A stretch of DNA of 63,943 bases, counting the filler, from Octopus bimaculoides (Eukaryota), in assembly GCF_001194135.2 (NCBI RefSeq). It is 7 parts of 6 records of this genome, joined end to end, with 100 filler letters (N's around TTAATTAATTAA, not from the genome) between each part and the next. Parts side by side here need not be neighbours in the genome. Positions count along the whole stretch, not along the records: positions 7,999 to 34,513 come from NC_068987.1; 6 more parts are not named here. One strand, given 5' to 3'. Of this stretch, positions 13,020-26,399 are shown piece after piece. The position numbers were made by a program, and so were the translations under genes. The notes under the pieces were generated by a model. It searched no databases. It was not told where the DNA came from and worked only from the letters and a program-made list of their open reading frames with translations. The number at the start of each line of letters is the position of its first letter. Position 1 is the stretch's first letter.

Positions 13020-13480
13020 TGTTGGGCCGGTGTCAATGGGTATTTTCCAGCAACCTCTGGTATGCTAGTGCTACTTGGGTTACATTTTCGGTTAGAGATA
13101 ACATTCTTCAGACATGGAAGTGTTGTCCAATCTGAACGCAGAGCAACGAAACTGTTCTCCATGAGCTCGTCCACTGCCTGAGTATTGCTTCAATTCTGAG
13201 CTTACATTGGCCAGGAGCTTCAGTTGCAGCCAACACTCGCTAAATTCAGAACAGAACATGATGTGCTGTATGAGGTATAGCGTATTGTTGAAGTTGTGAC
13301 AACTCTATATATTCTTCGAATGTGAATAGGTCAAATTGCTGTTTACAGAGACAGTTTAGGCGTTGACACACACGAGCTTACTCATCTCTTTCAGTTGAAG
13401 TTCGGTTTCGTGCTTATGAAATAATACTAGAAATCCCTGGACGAATGTACTACCGAGGAATATTGCCGTTTGTAGATGTT
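13020..13480 (+). mobile_element. Decayed L1/Tx1-like ORF2 C-terminal fragment
   Basis: The frameshifted reading around 13090-13170 gives VRDNIL...CCP...NETVLHELVHC, matching the C..C...ET..H.L..C zinc-binding tail of L1-clade ORF2; it is heavily interrupted. Confidence 0.45.
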
Positions 13481-14064
13481 TTTGCAGGTAGAAAAGGGCC
13501 ATCAGTCGTGTGCGCCATGGAAGCGCGCGCATGCACTCAACCAGTGCCGAGATATGTCGTATACCTGCAGATGTATACGGTTAGCAGCTGAGTCCACTGT
13601 GATGATCGTACTCCTGACAACCTTTGCATAAGAAGGACATGCAATCTGGTGATCTTATGTAAAGAAGCTGTATAGTGGAGCAGACTAAGAGCGCTGACGC
13701 AGTCACTTTCTAATTAGGCTGTGCCCTCAGAAATTCTTTGCTTTTTACTCGAAATGGAAACCAGAGTTGAAAAGTATTGCTAGGCAGCAAAATTGTTGAA
13801 AGGTCTGAGAGTACTGTGACAATTTACCTCCAGATTGAAGGAGACTAGCTGTAAAAATTATGTGCCCTCGTGGTCAAAGTGCTCTTAGTTTTCTGGGGCA
13901 TTGAAGGCGCTCGGAATTATTCATNNNNNNNNNNNNNNNNNNNATTGTTAAAAATCTAACTATTATACTTCTTCTTACATGTTTTATATGTAAACTCACA
14001 TACTATCGTCTTTCACCGCTCTCAATGATTTTTATGAACGCTGGGTGATTAATGTAGAAAACGT

Positions 14065-14250
14065 TATTTAGGCGGAGAGCTGGGAGTAATCATTAGCCTT
14101 CTCAGTTCAAATCTGCCGAAGTCGACTTTGACATCATTCATCATTTCGGGTTCCATAAAGTAAATACTAGTTGAACACTGGGTTGATGCAATCGACTAAT
14201 CTGCTTCCCCGAAATTTCTGGCCTTCTGCCACAAGTAGAAATCAATATAG
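14065..14250 (+). mobile_element. Family A SINE, degenerate
   Basis: GGCGGAGAGCTGG...GTTCAAATCTGCCGAAGTCGACTTTG...TTTCGGGTTCCATAAAGTAAATACTAGTTGAACACTGGG...GGCCTTCTGCC. Confidence 0.6.
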
Positions 14251-16819
14251 AAAACGTCATTGCTCTTATTAGATGTAGTATAAATGATAATTTATTTTAG
14301 CTGGGCGACGTGGCGGATTCGTTAGTTTCTCTAACATATTGTTTGGCGACTTTTCTTGCGACAGTACAAATCAGAAGATTAAGAGCTTTTCAATTTGTCT
14401 GGGTCGACAGAATAAAGTACAAGTCAGGTATTGAGACCAACATAATCCCCTCCCTACACCCATCTGAGTTTCTTGCTTTATGTTAAAATCAGAAAGAATT
14501 ATTAATATTATCATCCTGTTTATCAATAATTTTTATTATATTTGTTCACCGATATTTATTTTCACTTGCAGTTATTTAAGTATATGCGGTCAACAGTGGA
14601 TTGAAAAAATTTATTATGTCATGACACGAAACTATTGAGTATATATTCTTTACATGAAACAATTTGTGATATTGAAAACAAATCCGAAGACAAAATAAAT
14701 TGCTTAATATTTTCCATATACTAATTCCGTGTTGTACTAATTAAAATAATTGGATACTGGATATTATATATGTGTGTTTTAGTGTTTGCGCGTGTGTGTG
14801 TGTATGACTGTATGTCTGAATGTTTGTATGTATATGTATGTATCAGTATATACGTGTCTCTCTCATCTTATACGTGTACATACACGTACACACAGACACA
14901 CACACACACACACATATATATATACACGTACGTATATGTTTTGTTATTTAATCATGTGTTTCTGTGTGAGTGAGTGTGTGAGCTTTTATGTGAGTGTGCG
15001 TTGTGCGCGCGTGTGTACATGTATACACCCTATAGCAGTTACTTCTCTGTATTTTCCTAAGTTCAATGTTTTTTTTTCCTCTTATTTTTCTAAACTGCCA
15101 TCAATATTTAATTAGCCATTTTATATTGTGTCGCGCCCCACAGAAGAAAAAAAATATCAAGTAGAAAAAAATCTTCCATATATTCCCTGAACTTTAATTT
15201 ATTTCGCTAAGTTCTGCATTTAAATCTAATTAACAATGTTTATCGATTGTGCTTTATTCATTCTCTTAGAGGCACGAAAAATGTAAAAGAATGCCTTAAA
15301 CTAAATCTATACAAAGTATGTGACAATATTGTATATTGATGACGACGACGACGACGACAAGGGGAGAAGGAGAGGAAGAGGAGACAGACGTGGAGGAAAA
15401 GGAGGAGGGAGAAGAGGAGGCGGAAGAGGGGGGAGGGGAGTATGTGGTGGTGGTGGTNNNNNNNNNNNNNNNNNNNNNNNNNNNNNNNNNNNNNNNNNNN
15501 NNNNNNNNNNNNNNNNNNNNNNNNNNNNNNNNNNNNNNNNNNNNNNNNNNNNNNNNNNNNNCGGAGGAGGAGGAGGAAAGCGCGACGACGACGATGATGA
15601 TACAAATAAAACAGAGACGACCGACATTTTGTGAATTTGGTTCTGGTTTTGATGTAAAGTCTGAGTGTAAAGCAGAGCTGTATAAGTCAACACAGTATGT
15701 ACCTTCAGATTCTCAGACTGTATCTAGTGGTAGCCCTCATCTGCTAACATAATGCTTCATGTATAATTTTCAAATATTTGCATTAAAATGAAGCACCTTA
15801 TATATAACTATATTTCTGTTTTTGCTTTTGCTTTTGTCTTACACATCTATTTGCATTTACTTCACTATACCAACATTATAAACACGTGGAAAACCATTCA
15901 CCTATTTATCGGTTTCATTAAATTCCTTGAATTACATCTACGGCAGATTAGGTACCCAAAAAGGTATTTTGAAGATATTTCAGCAAGACTTAAATCCGGA
16001 AAAAGGGCAACGTAGAATATAAACAAATATTTTCCCTGAATGAAATGCAGCGTATCTGTGAAACAGGATACTCGTAAGTGTTTTACATAGATTAAGTGTT
16101 ACATAAAAAAAAAAACAGCTCATTTTGCGATTAAAAGACATTTTAAGTCAAATCAGACATTTCTCTCCTTAACTTTCGAGGAAGTACATTAGAAATGTTA
16201 ACAAATGCAGAGATGTCACAATTTTTTTATCTGAATTTTTGAAGGTCGATCACATCTATAGAAAATGGAGGATGGCTCATAACAACTAAAATGGAACTAA
16301 GTAAATTAGAAAGACAAGAACCAATCTTCTATATCTATGGATAATTTCCTTCAGTGTTATAGTAACTAGCAAANNNNNNNNNNNNNNNNNNNNNNNNNNN
16401 NNNNNNNNNNNNNNNNNNNNNNNNNNNNNNNNNNNNNNNNNNNNNNNNNNNNNNNNNNNNNNNNNNNNNNNNNNNNNNNNNNNNNNNNNNNNNNNNNNNN
16501 NNNNNNNNNNNNNNNNNNNNNNNNNNNNNNNNNNNNNNNNNNNNNNNNNNNNNNNNNNNNNNNNNNNNNNNNNNNNNNNNNNNNNNNNNNNNNNNNNNNN
16601 NNNNNNNNNNNNNNNNNNNNNNNNNNNNNNNNNNNNNNNNNNNNNNNNNNNNNNNNNNNNNNNNNNNNNNNNNNNNNNNNNNNNNNNNNNNNNNNNNNNN
16701 NNNNNNNNNNNNNNNNNNNNNNNNNNNNNNNNNNNNNNNNNNNNNNNNNNNNNNNNNNNNNNNNNNNNNNNNTGTAATATATATATAATATATATATATA
16801 TATTATATATATATATGTA

Positions 16820-16850
<31 letters not shown>

Positions 16851-16851
<1 letters not shown>

Positions 16852-17035
16852 AAGTGAGAACCATGAGAAATAATGTTTTATAGACGGAAGTATACTTAAT
16901 CGGATGGTTTGGGGATTACCAACTTAGTTTTGATAATATATGATTCAATGAAAGGGGAAATGGCCGAAAAGTGCCCAACAGCCACATGCCTGAATCTTTC
17001 ATGCTAATAATTTTTCAGATATTTTATTTTTATTT
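16851..17035 (+). repeat. 185-bp direct repeat, copy 1 (copy 2 at 18646-18830)
   Basis: AAAGTGAGAACCATGAGAAAT...CAGATATTTTATTTTTATTT appears identical in both places, and each copy follows (TA)n right after an N-gap. Confidence 0.9.
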
Positions 17036-17589
17036 AGAAATGTGAGAACAAATTACAATGCTAATTTATAGAAGGTATACAGAAAATAGTCTAATGGACT
17101 TTGGTAATTGGTCAGAAATAGTAAATAAAACCTGCATATCGCGACGGACTAATCTGTTTATCACACGGGTAAACCTGCAAAAGTCTACGAAAGAGTGTCT
17201 CACTGATAGATTTGCAGAGTCACTGAGAAAGTTTTATATAATTGAAAACTACGTCAACGGTTTTAGTGCCTGTATAACACTTCCAAAGGTCAACAAATTT
17301 ACGTTCTATAAATCATCAATCCCTTTTGACTGAATTAACGATATTTCTAACATGTGTAAAGGGATCAATTCAAATGTTAGGTCAGAGACGATGAAATTTG
17401 CCATAATATAACGTGTAACTTTAGGTATGGAATGAATAGAATCATTTTAATAACTGAAATTAAAGATTTAAGAAACTGATTTCAACGAATACAAGTAACT
17501 TCTGGAACTGGATTGCATTAATTATGTATGAAATATGAAAGAAAATTCAAAACAATGTATTTGAAAAGACGTAAACTTGCATAGAATAT

Positions 17590-17669
17590 CAAAGTTATCA
17601 TCATCATCATCATCATCATTATCATCATCATCCTATTATTATTACTATTACTATTATTATTACCTTGAA

Positions 17670-17744
<75 letters not shown>

Positions 17745-17765
17745 CATCATCATCATCATCATCAT
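17590..17765. repeat. (CAT)n/(ATT)n compound trinucleotide microsatellite
   Basis: Directly visible. Confidence 0.95.
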
Positions 17766-19875
17766 TAAGAAACGGATTATTATGATGATAATCAAACGAT
17801 TTAATTAGCTGCTTCATATAAAGACAACTTATTCAGTTGCACATGGATATTTGCCAATAATCAAATTCAGATTACTGAAATATATTTCTTTTTTTCTATT
17901 TTCTTTTTTCTTTTTATCTCATTCGTCACAAAGTATTGCTTCATAGTTTTGTTGTTGATGTTGTGGCGTTTTCAATTGGTCCTCGTTTATTTTCCATTTT
18001 TTATACTCCCCTCCCTCTCTCTTCCCCAGTCCCTCTCTCTCCTTGCTCATATCTCCCACCTACTTCCTCTCTGTCTTCTCTCTCTCTCCCCCATCTCTCT
18101 CTCCCTCCCTCTCTCTCTCTCCCTCTCTCTCTCACTCTCCCTGAATCTTTATCTTTGTCCAACTATTTTTATATCTCTATATCAAACTTACACTGAGATT
18201 CTGCACTGCACTAATTAATCTTAATGAGATTTTAAAATAACAATCAATCTCGCCACACTTGCAAACAGTAAACTGACTCATCTCAGCCGCACTACGACTC
18301 GCTTCCTACTACCTTCTGCGACGTGCACACACACCTATTTGCGTACATTTTATATATGTGTATAGACATATGGACACACTAGTGTATATANNNNNNNNNN
18401 NNNNNNNNNNNNNNNNNNNNNNNNNNNNNNNNNNNNNNNNNNNNNNNNNNNNNNNNNNNNNNNNNNNNNNNNNNNNNNNNNNNNNNNNNNNNNNNNNNNN
18501 NNNNNNNNNNNNNNNNNNNNNNNNNNNNNNNNNNNNNNNNNNNNNNNNNNNNNNNNNNNNNNNNNNNNNNNNNNNNNNNNNNNNNNNNNNNNNNNNNNNN
18601 NNNNNNNNNNNNNNNNNNNNNNNNNNNNNNNATATATATATATATAAAGTGAGAACCATGAGAAATAATGTTTTATAGACGGAAGTATACTTAATCGGAT
18701 GGTTTGGGGATTACCAACTTAGTTTTGATAATATATGATTCAATGAAAGGGGAAATGGCCGAAAAGTGCCCAACAGCCACATGCCTGAATCTTTCATGCT
18801 AATAATTTTTCAGATATTTTATTTTTATTTTATCATTTAGTATGTGCAAGTGGCAAAGAGATTCTTGATATAAATGTATCAAGCTTCAACACAAACTATC
18901 CTGTTTGATTTGATTCATCTCCTCCATTTCTTCCATTTCTCTGCCTGTAGTCTTACTCAACATCTTCCTGCTCTGGGTATTATAGAGATTGGCACCAGCG
19001 TATTAAATGCAAGTACAGAGCTGGCAGACGTTCTTTTGGCGATGATGGCCAATTGCTTGACCTGCATTAACAACAATGATATTATTTTTGTCAATTTCCT
19101 TCTGTCACGAAGAAAAAAACGATTTGAAAACTTTAGTGCTTTCTCTTTTTTTTGTGGACGTCTTGATATTTCGTTGTTTCAGATATTTTCTCGTGTTAGA
19201 TATTTTCTCTATTGCATTCTGAGATAAGAAGATACCGGTTGCTATTACTTTTCGACAGTCTGTATAATAATAATATCTCAAGAGAATAGATTAGTGTCTG
19301 CGAAGTAAATTCTCCTTGAAGAAATGGAGGGGCTCATTAGCAATGGTTTCTACCTTAATAAAGATATTTGTTGACAAAAAAGGGAGATAACCCAGTAGTG
19401 TTGTAATCTTGTAGTTATCATCTGCGCATAACTTTATTACATCACACTTCTAATCTCAAATTTTGTGAATGTGACTGGAAGCCTGCTGAAGTTCAATGCA
19501 CAGTAGGTGTTCTGTAGCACAGTAACGCAGATTCAGTTGTCATCACGTCACTGTTTGTAAACTGCTAAGTGGAAAGAGAAATCAACAAGATTACATGGAA
19601 TCAAATTTCAAAACTGAACGGAGAAAAGAATGCTGGACAGATGGAATTATGAGGAATATTTCAGCTCTGTGGCAGTGTGACAAGACGTTTACTTCCTAAC
19701 TAAAATGATTCTGCACTCAAATGATTAGCACATAAACTCTTTACGAAAGACAAATTCCACGAAATAAGAGTGATTATAAAAGTAATCCAGGTGAAGAGAT
19801 ATGGAGGCAATTATGCAGATGAAAAAATTAAACAGCTTGGGTTTGATATACAGCACGGACACGCACATATGTATA

Positions 19876-19990
19876 CGAGGTGATATCAAAACGTTCAAGG
19901 ACTAGTTCTGTAGCGAGCCAAGAGATGACAGCACACGATTGCCTGTGCAGTGAGATCTTGCAGACACCTTCCTCATGAACAACAAATGCC
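19876..19990 (+). mobile_element. Possible mariner terminal fragment
   Basis: TA|CGAGGTGATATCAAAACGTTC resembles mariner TIR starts of the TA|CGAGG...TCAAAAAGTT type; no transposase is seen. Confidence 0.3.
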
Positions 19991-20574
19991 TCCAGAAAGT
20001 ACTTATATATATATATATATATNNNNNNNNNNNNNNNNNNNNNNNNNNNNNNNNNNNNNNNNNNNNNNNNNNNNNNNNNNNNNNNNNNNNNNNNNNNNNN
20101 NNNNNNNNNNNNNNNNNNNNNNNNNNNNNNNNNNNNNNNNNNNNNNNNNNNNNNNNNNNNNNNNNNNNNNNNNNNNNNNNNNNNNNNNNNNNNNNNNNNN
20201 NNNNNNNNNNNNNNNNNNNNNNNNNNNNNNNNNNNNNNNNNNNNNNNNNNNNNNNNNNNNNNNNNNNNNNNNNNNNNNNNNNNNNNNNNNNNNNNNNNNN
20301 NNNNNNNNNNNNNNNNNNNNNNNNNNNNNNNNNNNNNNNNNNNNNNNNNNNNNNNNNNNNNNNNNNNNNNNNNNNNNNNNNNNNNNNNNNNNNNNNNNNN
20401 NNNNNNNNNNNNNNNNNNNNNNNNNNNNNNNNNNNNNNNNNNNNNNNNNNNNNNNNNNNNNNNNNNNNNNNNNNNNNNNNNNNNNNNNNNNNNNNNNNNN
20501 NNNNNNNNNNNNNNNNNNNNNNNNNNTATATATATATATATACATATACATACATATATCTGTTCATACATAGA

Positions 20575-20605
<31 letters not shown>

Positions 20606-20889
20606 GCATGCGTACATATATACACATTTGCAAACCTACATTCAAGCATATGCGTGTGTTTGTGTGTGTGTGTGTGCGTGTGTGTGTGTGTATGTATATG
20701 TGTGTGCATGTGTGTCTGTAGCTTTAAGACTCATGTATGCATGTGAGGTAACCATGCACAATTGTAACACAAAAAAACGCTTCTTCTTTACCAGCTCATG
20801 GTATTTATTCACTGGGAATTCTTTACATATTTCAATGGAACGGAATATAGTTATTTCGCTTTTGGGGTTTGGTTTGCCAGATTATTTAT

Positions 20890-22133
20890 GCAAGTTACTG
20901 TGTTGAAGCGTATTCTGTCGTGTCTGGGGATAGATATTCTCTTTCAGTGCCTTATAATTTAACACACTCACCGGTAAAGTTTCCACTCATATTCACTTAT
21001 TTAATTTTTCTAAAATCTTCGTTCCGTCTTGTAACTTTTTTAATAGTTATTGACTCTGTCCATTATTCGAGATGCATTCTTTTTCTTTGTTTGTGTCTCA
21101 ATTTTATGAACGTTGTTTGCAATTTCAGATAGACAACATCAATTTTTCTGATCTTTTAATATGTAGAGAACTTTGGTGATAACTCTAAAACATGTATTTC
21201 ATCTGTATCTAGATATATTCAAGAAGTGTAATTGTTGTTGGCGATGGAGGTCTTGTTTTTCGGTGTCCTGGCGCCGAGGCCCACTGGTAGTTTGCATTCG
21301 ACATGATAATCTGGTCGATATTGTTTGGGTTTTTGTATTGATTCTTACACATGCTGGGATCGTTGTTGTTTTCGTTTTATCCACTTGAGTTTGTCGTTGG
21401 AGGCATGGCTTACTCGACGGCATTCTTGTTTGCGTTTGTCATGAATCTGTCTGTTTTGTGTGGTGGAGTAGTGGTTTTATTTCATGCAGCAGGCCTCTCT
21501 TTCGTTTCTGGTACTGTGTACATTTTCTTTTTGATGTTTAGTAAAATCGTGTGTTTTAGTTTTTTGCTTGATGTTCTGTGAGTCCTAGCCGCTTGACAGC
21601 CTAATTGACAGATTTCGTGTATAGCTTGGAGGAGATGCATGTTTTAATGAAGTGGAGCTGTCGAGTAACTATTTTGATTTTTTGACAGCAGAACACGGTC
21701 TTTCTCAGCTTCTTGCTAGCTTGGCCAAGGCTTATTTTATTTCGTTTTTGGTTTTGGTTTGCAAGTTACTGTGAGTTTGTTTATTGAAGCATATTCTGTT
21801 GTCTAGGGAGAGTCATTTTCTTTTAGTGTCTTTTACTTTAACACACTCCTTGGTAAAGTTTCCACTCATCTACTCTTTTACTTGTTTCTGTCATTTGACT
21901 GCGGCCATGCTGCTGCACCACCTTTAGTCGAGCACATCGACTCCAGGACTTATTCTTTGGAAGCCTAGTACTTATTCTATGGTTCTCTTTTGCCGAACCG
22001 CTACTTTACGGGGACGTAAACACACCCCAACGGTTTTCAAGCGATAGTGGGGTGACTAACACAGACACACGAACATAAACACCCACACACACATACGCAC
22101 ACACACACAGAGACGAAGACACACACACACATG

Positions 22134-22169
<36 letters not shown>

Positions 22170-22860
22170 CATANNNNNNNNNNNNNNNNNNNNNNNNNNN
22201 NNNNNNNNNNNATATATATATATATATATATACTACGGGCTTCTTTCATTTTCCGTCTACCAAATCCCCTCACAAGGCTTTGGTCGGCCCGAGGCTATAG
22301 TAGAAGACACTTTCCCAAGATGCCACGCAGTGAGTATGAACCCAGAACCATGTGGTTGATAAGTAAGTAACTTACCACACAGTCACTCCTGCATTTACTA
22401 ATTTAATTTTCTAAAATTTTCGTTACGTCTTGCAACCTTTTCAATAGTTGTTGACTCTGTCCTTTGTTTGCTTGTGTCTTAATTTTAGGAACGTTTTTTC
22501 AATTTCAGATAGACAATATTTCTGACCTTTTTATATGAAGCGAATTTTGGTACAGTACAGCTGGATACAGATGAAATGCATGCTTTATAGTTAGCACCAA
22601 AATTCGCTAGATATGAAAAGGTCAGAAAAATATACTGTCTATCTGAAATTGAAAAAAACGTTCTTAAAATTAAGACGCAAACAAACAGAACGAATGCAGC
22701 GCAGATAACGGACAGAGTCAACAACTATTAAAAAGGTTGAAAGACGCAACAAAAAGTTTAGAAAAATAAATAAGTAAATGAGTGGTAATTTTACCATTGA
22801 GTGTGTTAAATTATAAGGCACTAAGAGAGAATCACTCTCCCTAGACACAACAGAATATAG
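20890..22860. repeat. Unclassified repeat in three local copies (20890-21150 plus; 21780-22555 plus, interrupted by a SINE; 22594-22860 minus)
   Basis: The shared string ...TTATAATTTAACACACTC...GGTAAAGTTTCCACTCAT...AATAGTT(A/G)TTGACTCTGTCC...CAATTTCAGATAGACAA occurs twice forward and once reverse-complemented. Confidence 0.75.
21885..22390 (-). mobile_element. tRNA/CORE-like SINE, family B, with internal (CA)n/(TA)n microsatellite
   Basis: The minus strand reads head (GGAGTGACTGTGTGGTAAG...GGTTCTGGGTTCATACTCACTGCGTGGCATCTTGGGAAAGTGTCTTCTACTATAGCCTCGGGCCGACCAAAGCC...GGTAGACGGAAAATGAAAGAAGCCCG), then a microsatellite and gap, then tail (GTGTCTGTGTTAGTC...GTTTACGTCCCCGTAAAGTAGCGGTTCGGCAAAAG...CATGGCCGCAGTCAAATGACAGAAAC). 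Confidence 0.75.
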
Positions 22861-22884
22861 TCAAGTTCAATATTTACTTTCCAT

Positions 22885-23080
22885 GAAGGCAGCGAGCTGG
22901 CGGAAACTTTAGTACGCCGGGCGAAATGTTTAGCGCTATTTTGTCTGTTCTGAATTCCGGTGTGGTCGACATTGCCTTTCATCCTTACGGAGTCGATAAA
23001 TTAATTACCAGTTTCGTTCTAGAGTCAATCTAATTGACTGGTCCCCTCCCCAAAATTTCGGGCCTTGTGCCTAAAGTAAA
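22885..23080 (+). mobile_element. Family A SINE
   Basis: GAAGGCAGCGAGCTGGCGGAAAC...GTGGTCGACATTGCCTTTCATCCTTACGGAGTCGATAAATTAATTACCAG...TTCGGGCCTTGTGCC. Confidence 0.75.
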
Positions 23081-25160
23081 AAAAAAAATATCTATCTGCT
23101 TTAGGTATTTATTAAGGTCAGTCATTGGGCATTACCTGAAAGGTTTTACTCGAACAAATGGAGCGCAGCACTTATTTCTTTTCAGTCTGCTATTTATTTT
23201 ATCGATATCTTTCGTTAAAATGTTTTACGCTCCTTCGTTACACTCCCTTACCTCTCCTATGGAGCACTCAGCTGGTTTGCCTATGGAACACCCATGGCTG
23301 CTGACAAGGTCAGTTCCACAGTGCCCAGCATTGTGATCTTCCTGATGCACTCCTTTTTGCGTTGGCTGTCGATGAAGTTTGTCCCAGGTTGTCCCAGCCG
23401 TAAAGCTCGCCCATCGGAGCTTTATGCCATCGGATCCATTCACGTAAAATAGGAATCAAGGTGGTCCATGGGTTAAACATGGTCGATAAACACCGATATG
23501 AATTAGGAAATATTTGGAAAAGTAGAAAACTGTGCAAAAGAGTTGAACAATATCAAAATATTAATAACATGAAAGTATCTTGCTTCGAATATATTTAGTG
23601 GGAATTAAAACTAAAATTATTATTGTATTAACGATTTCCTTCATATAATATTTTTCATATTTCAATGAAAATAAAGTAAATGTATTCAAATAAGCCAATT
23701 TAAATGAGAAACAATCGAAGAGATAACTATAGATTAGTAAATTAATTATAGTACAAACAAGGCCAAATATAGGTCTAGAACAAACAAATCACTTGTCAGT
23801 GTAGAAAATGTCAAATTAGCAGCGAAGTACACTTCATTGAACTAGAGGCTAAAATAAATGAACGTTTTGGACAAATTATTCCTGAATATTATGTGTGAGA
23901 AAAGATAATGGTTTGAAGGTAGGCGTATAAATTTAAATGCACCACGAAATACATACCTGCTAAAGTTCTTCAGAAAATTCAATTTAAAGCTCTGAAATGA
24001 GTAAATATATTCTCATTATGCTGACATATATACAATTAACCAACATCATTTATATAAATATTCTACGTTCTTCAGACCAGAGCAATAATCACATACAGCT
24101 GATACAAGCGGTGATAATTTAAGAACGTATTGCTAACACTTTACAAATCTCATTGCATATATAGCTGATCTTTCGCTAAAACTTGAAACGCGTAGTACAA
24201 GTTTTGATAAAAGAAAAAGAAACAGCTCCTCAAATGGTCAGGTGATATCGTTAATACACGGAAATAGACTTTTCTTTTATGAGAAACAAACATTGATTCA
24301 TAGACGCCAGCAAAATTTCGACTACTTGAAATGCACAAAAACATGTGATGATCTCAGTTGGAGACGAATCAAACCTAATGTAAAATCTTCCAAGAAGACG
24401 GGAACAATAAGCGCAATAGATAAAAGAACATTGTAGAAAAATATCAAGCATTATGTCAGAACCATTCAGTAATCATTTGTTTCATAGACACCTCGAGCGG
24501 TCAACCTAATTTCCTGTAATAGAAACGTTTTCATACAGCTAGTAAATCACGCTATAGCAAATGACACTCTCGTTCCTGTCTCACCGCGCTCTCTCATATA
24601 TTCAAACTACTATAGAAGTCCACGAATACACCCCACTTTATCTTTTAATATAAAATAACATATGTTGACGCGAAAACATCAATTCTCTCAACATCATTAA
24701 ACTGGTGACGTGACTAAGAACAGGTAACCGGCAAAACATCCATATGTAGACAGCTTTAGCGTTGCTGACGTACACAGTATATCTTGTCTGTGTAAATAGA
24801 TTTACGAATGATATTGTTAAGTGTAGAGCACCACGTAGATTTTCCTCATGCTGTCTGCTTCCAGTATACTGGTAAAATTACTACTCTGCTTAGTCGTATT
24901 ACAGCTTATGATATAGAGAGTAAATATTAGAGAGATTACGTTTCACCATTCTGGATATTCCAAGCGCAATTAGGTGTTTAGATACAAAGGCACATCGGGG
25001 AACACTTACTGTATTGCATTATTTTACTGATAACATCATGTAAGAAAGTGATCCCCGATGATCCACCGTGGTTAAGCATCCATGTACACTTCCAATATCC
25101 AATACAGAGTTACAAACAACGCAATGGGAAACAGGTAGGGAAGATATTAATTTATTATAC

Positions 25161-25209
<49 letters not shown>

Positions 25210-26106
25210 TACACGCACACCACGAACACACATGCACATACCACACACGAACAAACACACAACAACAACAACAACAATGTACTCACAAACACACGTATTG
25301 AATAATTATAATATCATTGTTGAAATATATTTCATTTTGAAAATTTAATGGAGTCAATAAAAAATAATTAAGTTTTAACTCATAAACAGCTGTTTATCAA
25401 TTATCTTCACTTCAAAGTAACATGGATCCCCATATACTCTGAAGCCATAATATCTTAGCGGTATTTGTAGAAAATTTTCTCAAAACGTATCCATTTTTCT
25501 GGATGTTATGAGGCAATAAATTCAGGTGTGTATACATCTGTAGTTATGCCCTCTTCTTTATACGATTTTTTCGTGTTATTTCATTCCTTGTTTGCAATGT
25601 TCTCTCCCACTCCTCTCTCTCGCACACACACAGCAAAGCATACAAGTGGGCTGCTGAATTGAAGTGATGACCATTTTATTCCAGACTATTCTGACAGGCA
25701 CTTCCGATGCAATGGAATCGCAGACATCAAAAACGTTTCATTCGATATTTATGCGTATTCTCGTTTCATGGCTGCATTCAAATAATCGACGACCACTAAC
25801 ACCCTAGACATTTTCATTTAAGTAAAATCATGACGAGAGTTTGTGATTAGAGGTCCGGTGTACGTGAAAAGTATTCTACTGCAAGTCTTCGTTCAGTAAA
25901 CCTACATTGAAAATATCATCAAGGTGGGGCTTATTCTTAATTTCGAAGGAATAGGTCTCTAAATTCAAGGAAAAAATACCCACGTCTTTAAAATACTCTT
26001 AAATACTTGGATTTACAGATTATTGCAGGGGGTTGAAATACATAGGACTAGTGACTAGGGTCAAAACAGAAAACTAAAATTATCCCGTGTCATGATAAGC
26101 CGCGGC

Positions 26107-26375
26107 ATACGTTTAATTCCCTCGTCTACAGGTGAGGGTGGATATTGTCTTTCAGTAAGCGTTGTTTTGACGTCCTGAAGACGAAGGCCTCGAGTTGTTC
26201 TCAGACACTATTGTGCAAATACTTTTTGCCAAATTGAAAGGGATATTTATGTTGATGTGTTTCGGATGATATGAGCTAAAGAGGAGATATTGTTTAGAAT
26301 TAGTTGGTTTATAACAGATGTCAGTTATGATTTGATTGTTGACTTTCTTTATTTTGATGTCTCTACCAACCAAAT
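26107..26375 (-). mobile_element. PLE (Neptune-like) RT thumb fragment, inverted relative to the adjacent body
   Basis: DIKIKKVNNQIITDICYKPTNSKQYLLFSSYHPKHININIPFNLAKSICTIVSE, then RLQDVKTTLTERQYPPSPVDEGIK, matching the PLE thumb motif YxKPT..xQYL.x.S.HP. Confidence 0.8.
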
Positions 26376-26399
26376 TACAGTAAACAATTTTTAGAGCAA

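Noticed and set aside
15336-15752. Acidic/Gly-rich ORFs and RRPTFCEFGSGFDVKSECK as a possible C1-domain exon
   Set aside because: The sequence is built from GAC/GGA/GGT triplet repeats around a gap, and the Cys/His spacing does not fit a C1 domain.
18874-19227. 117-aa plus ORF, and a minus-strand AG...GT bounded segment
   Set aside because: No recognisable homology, and stops in the plausible minus-strand frames.
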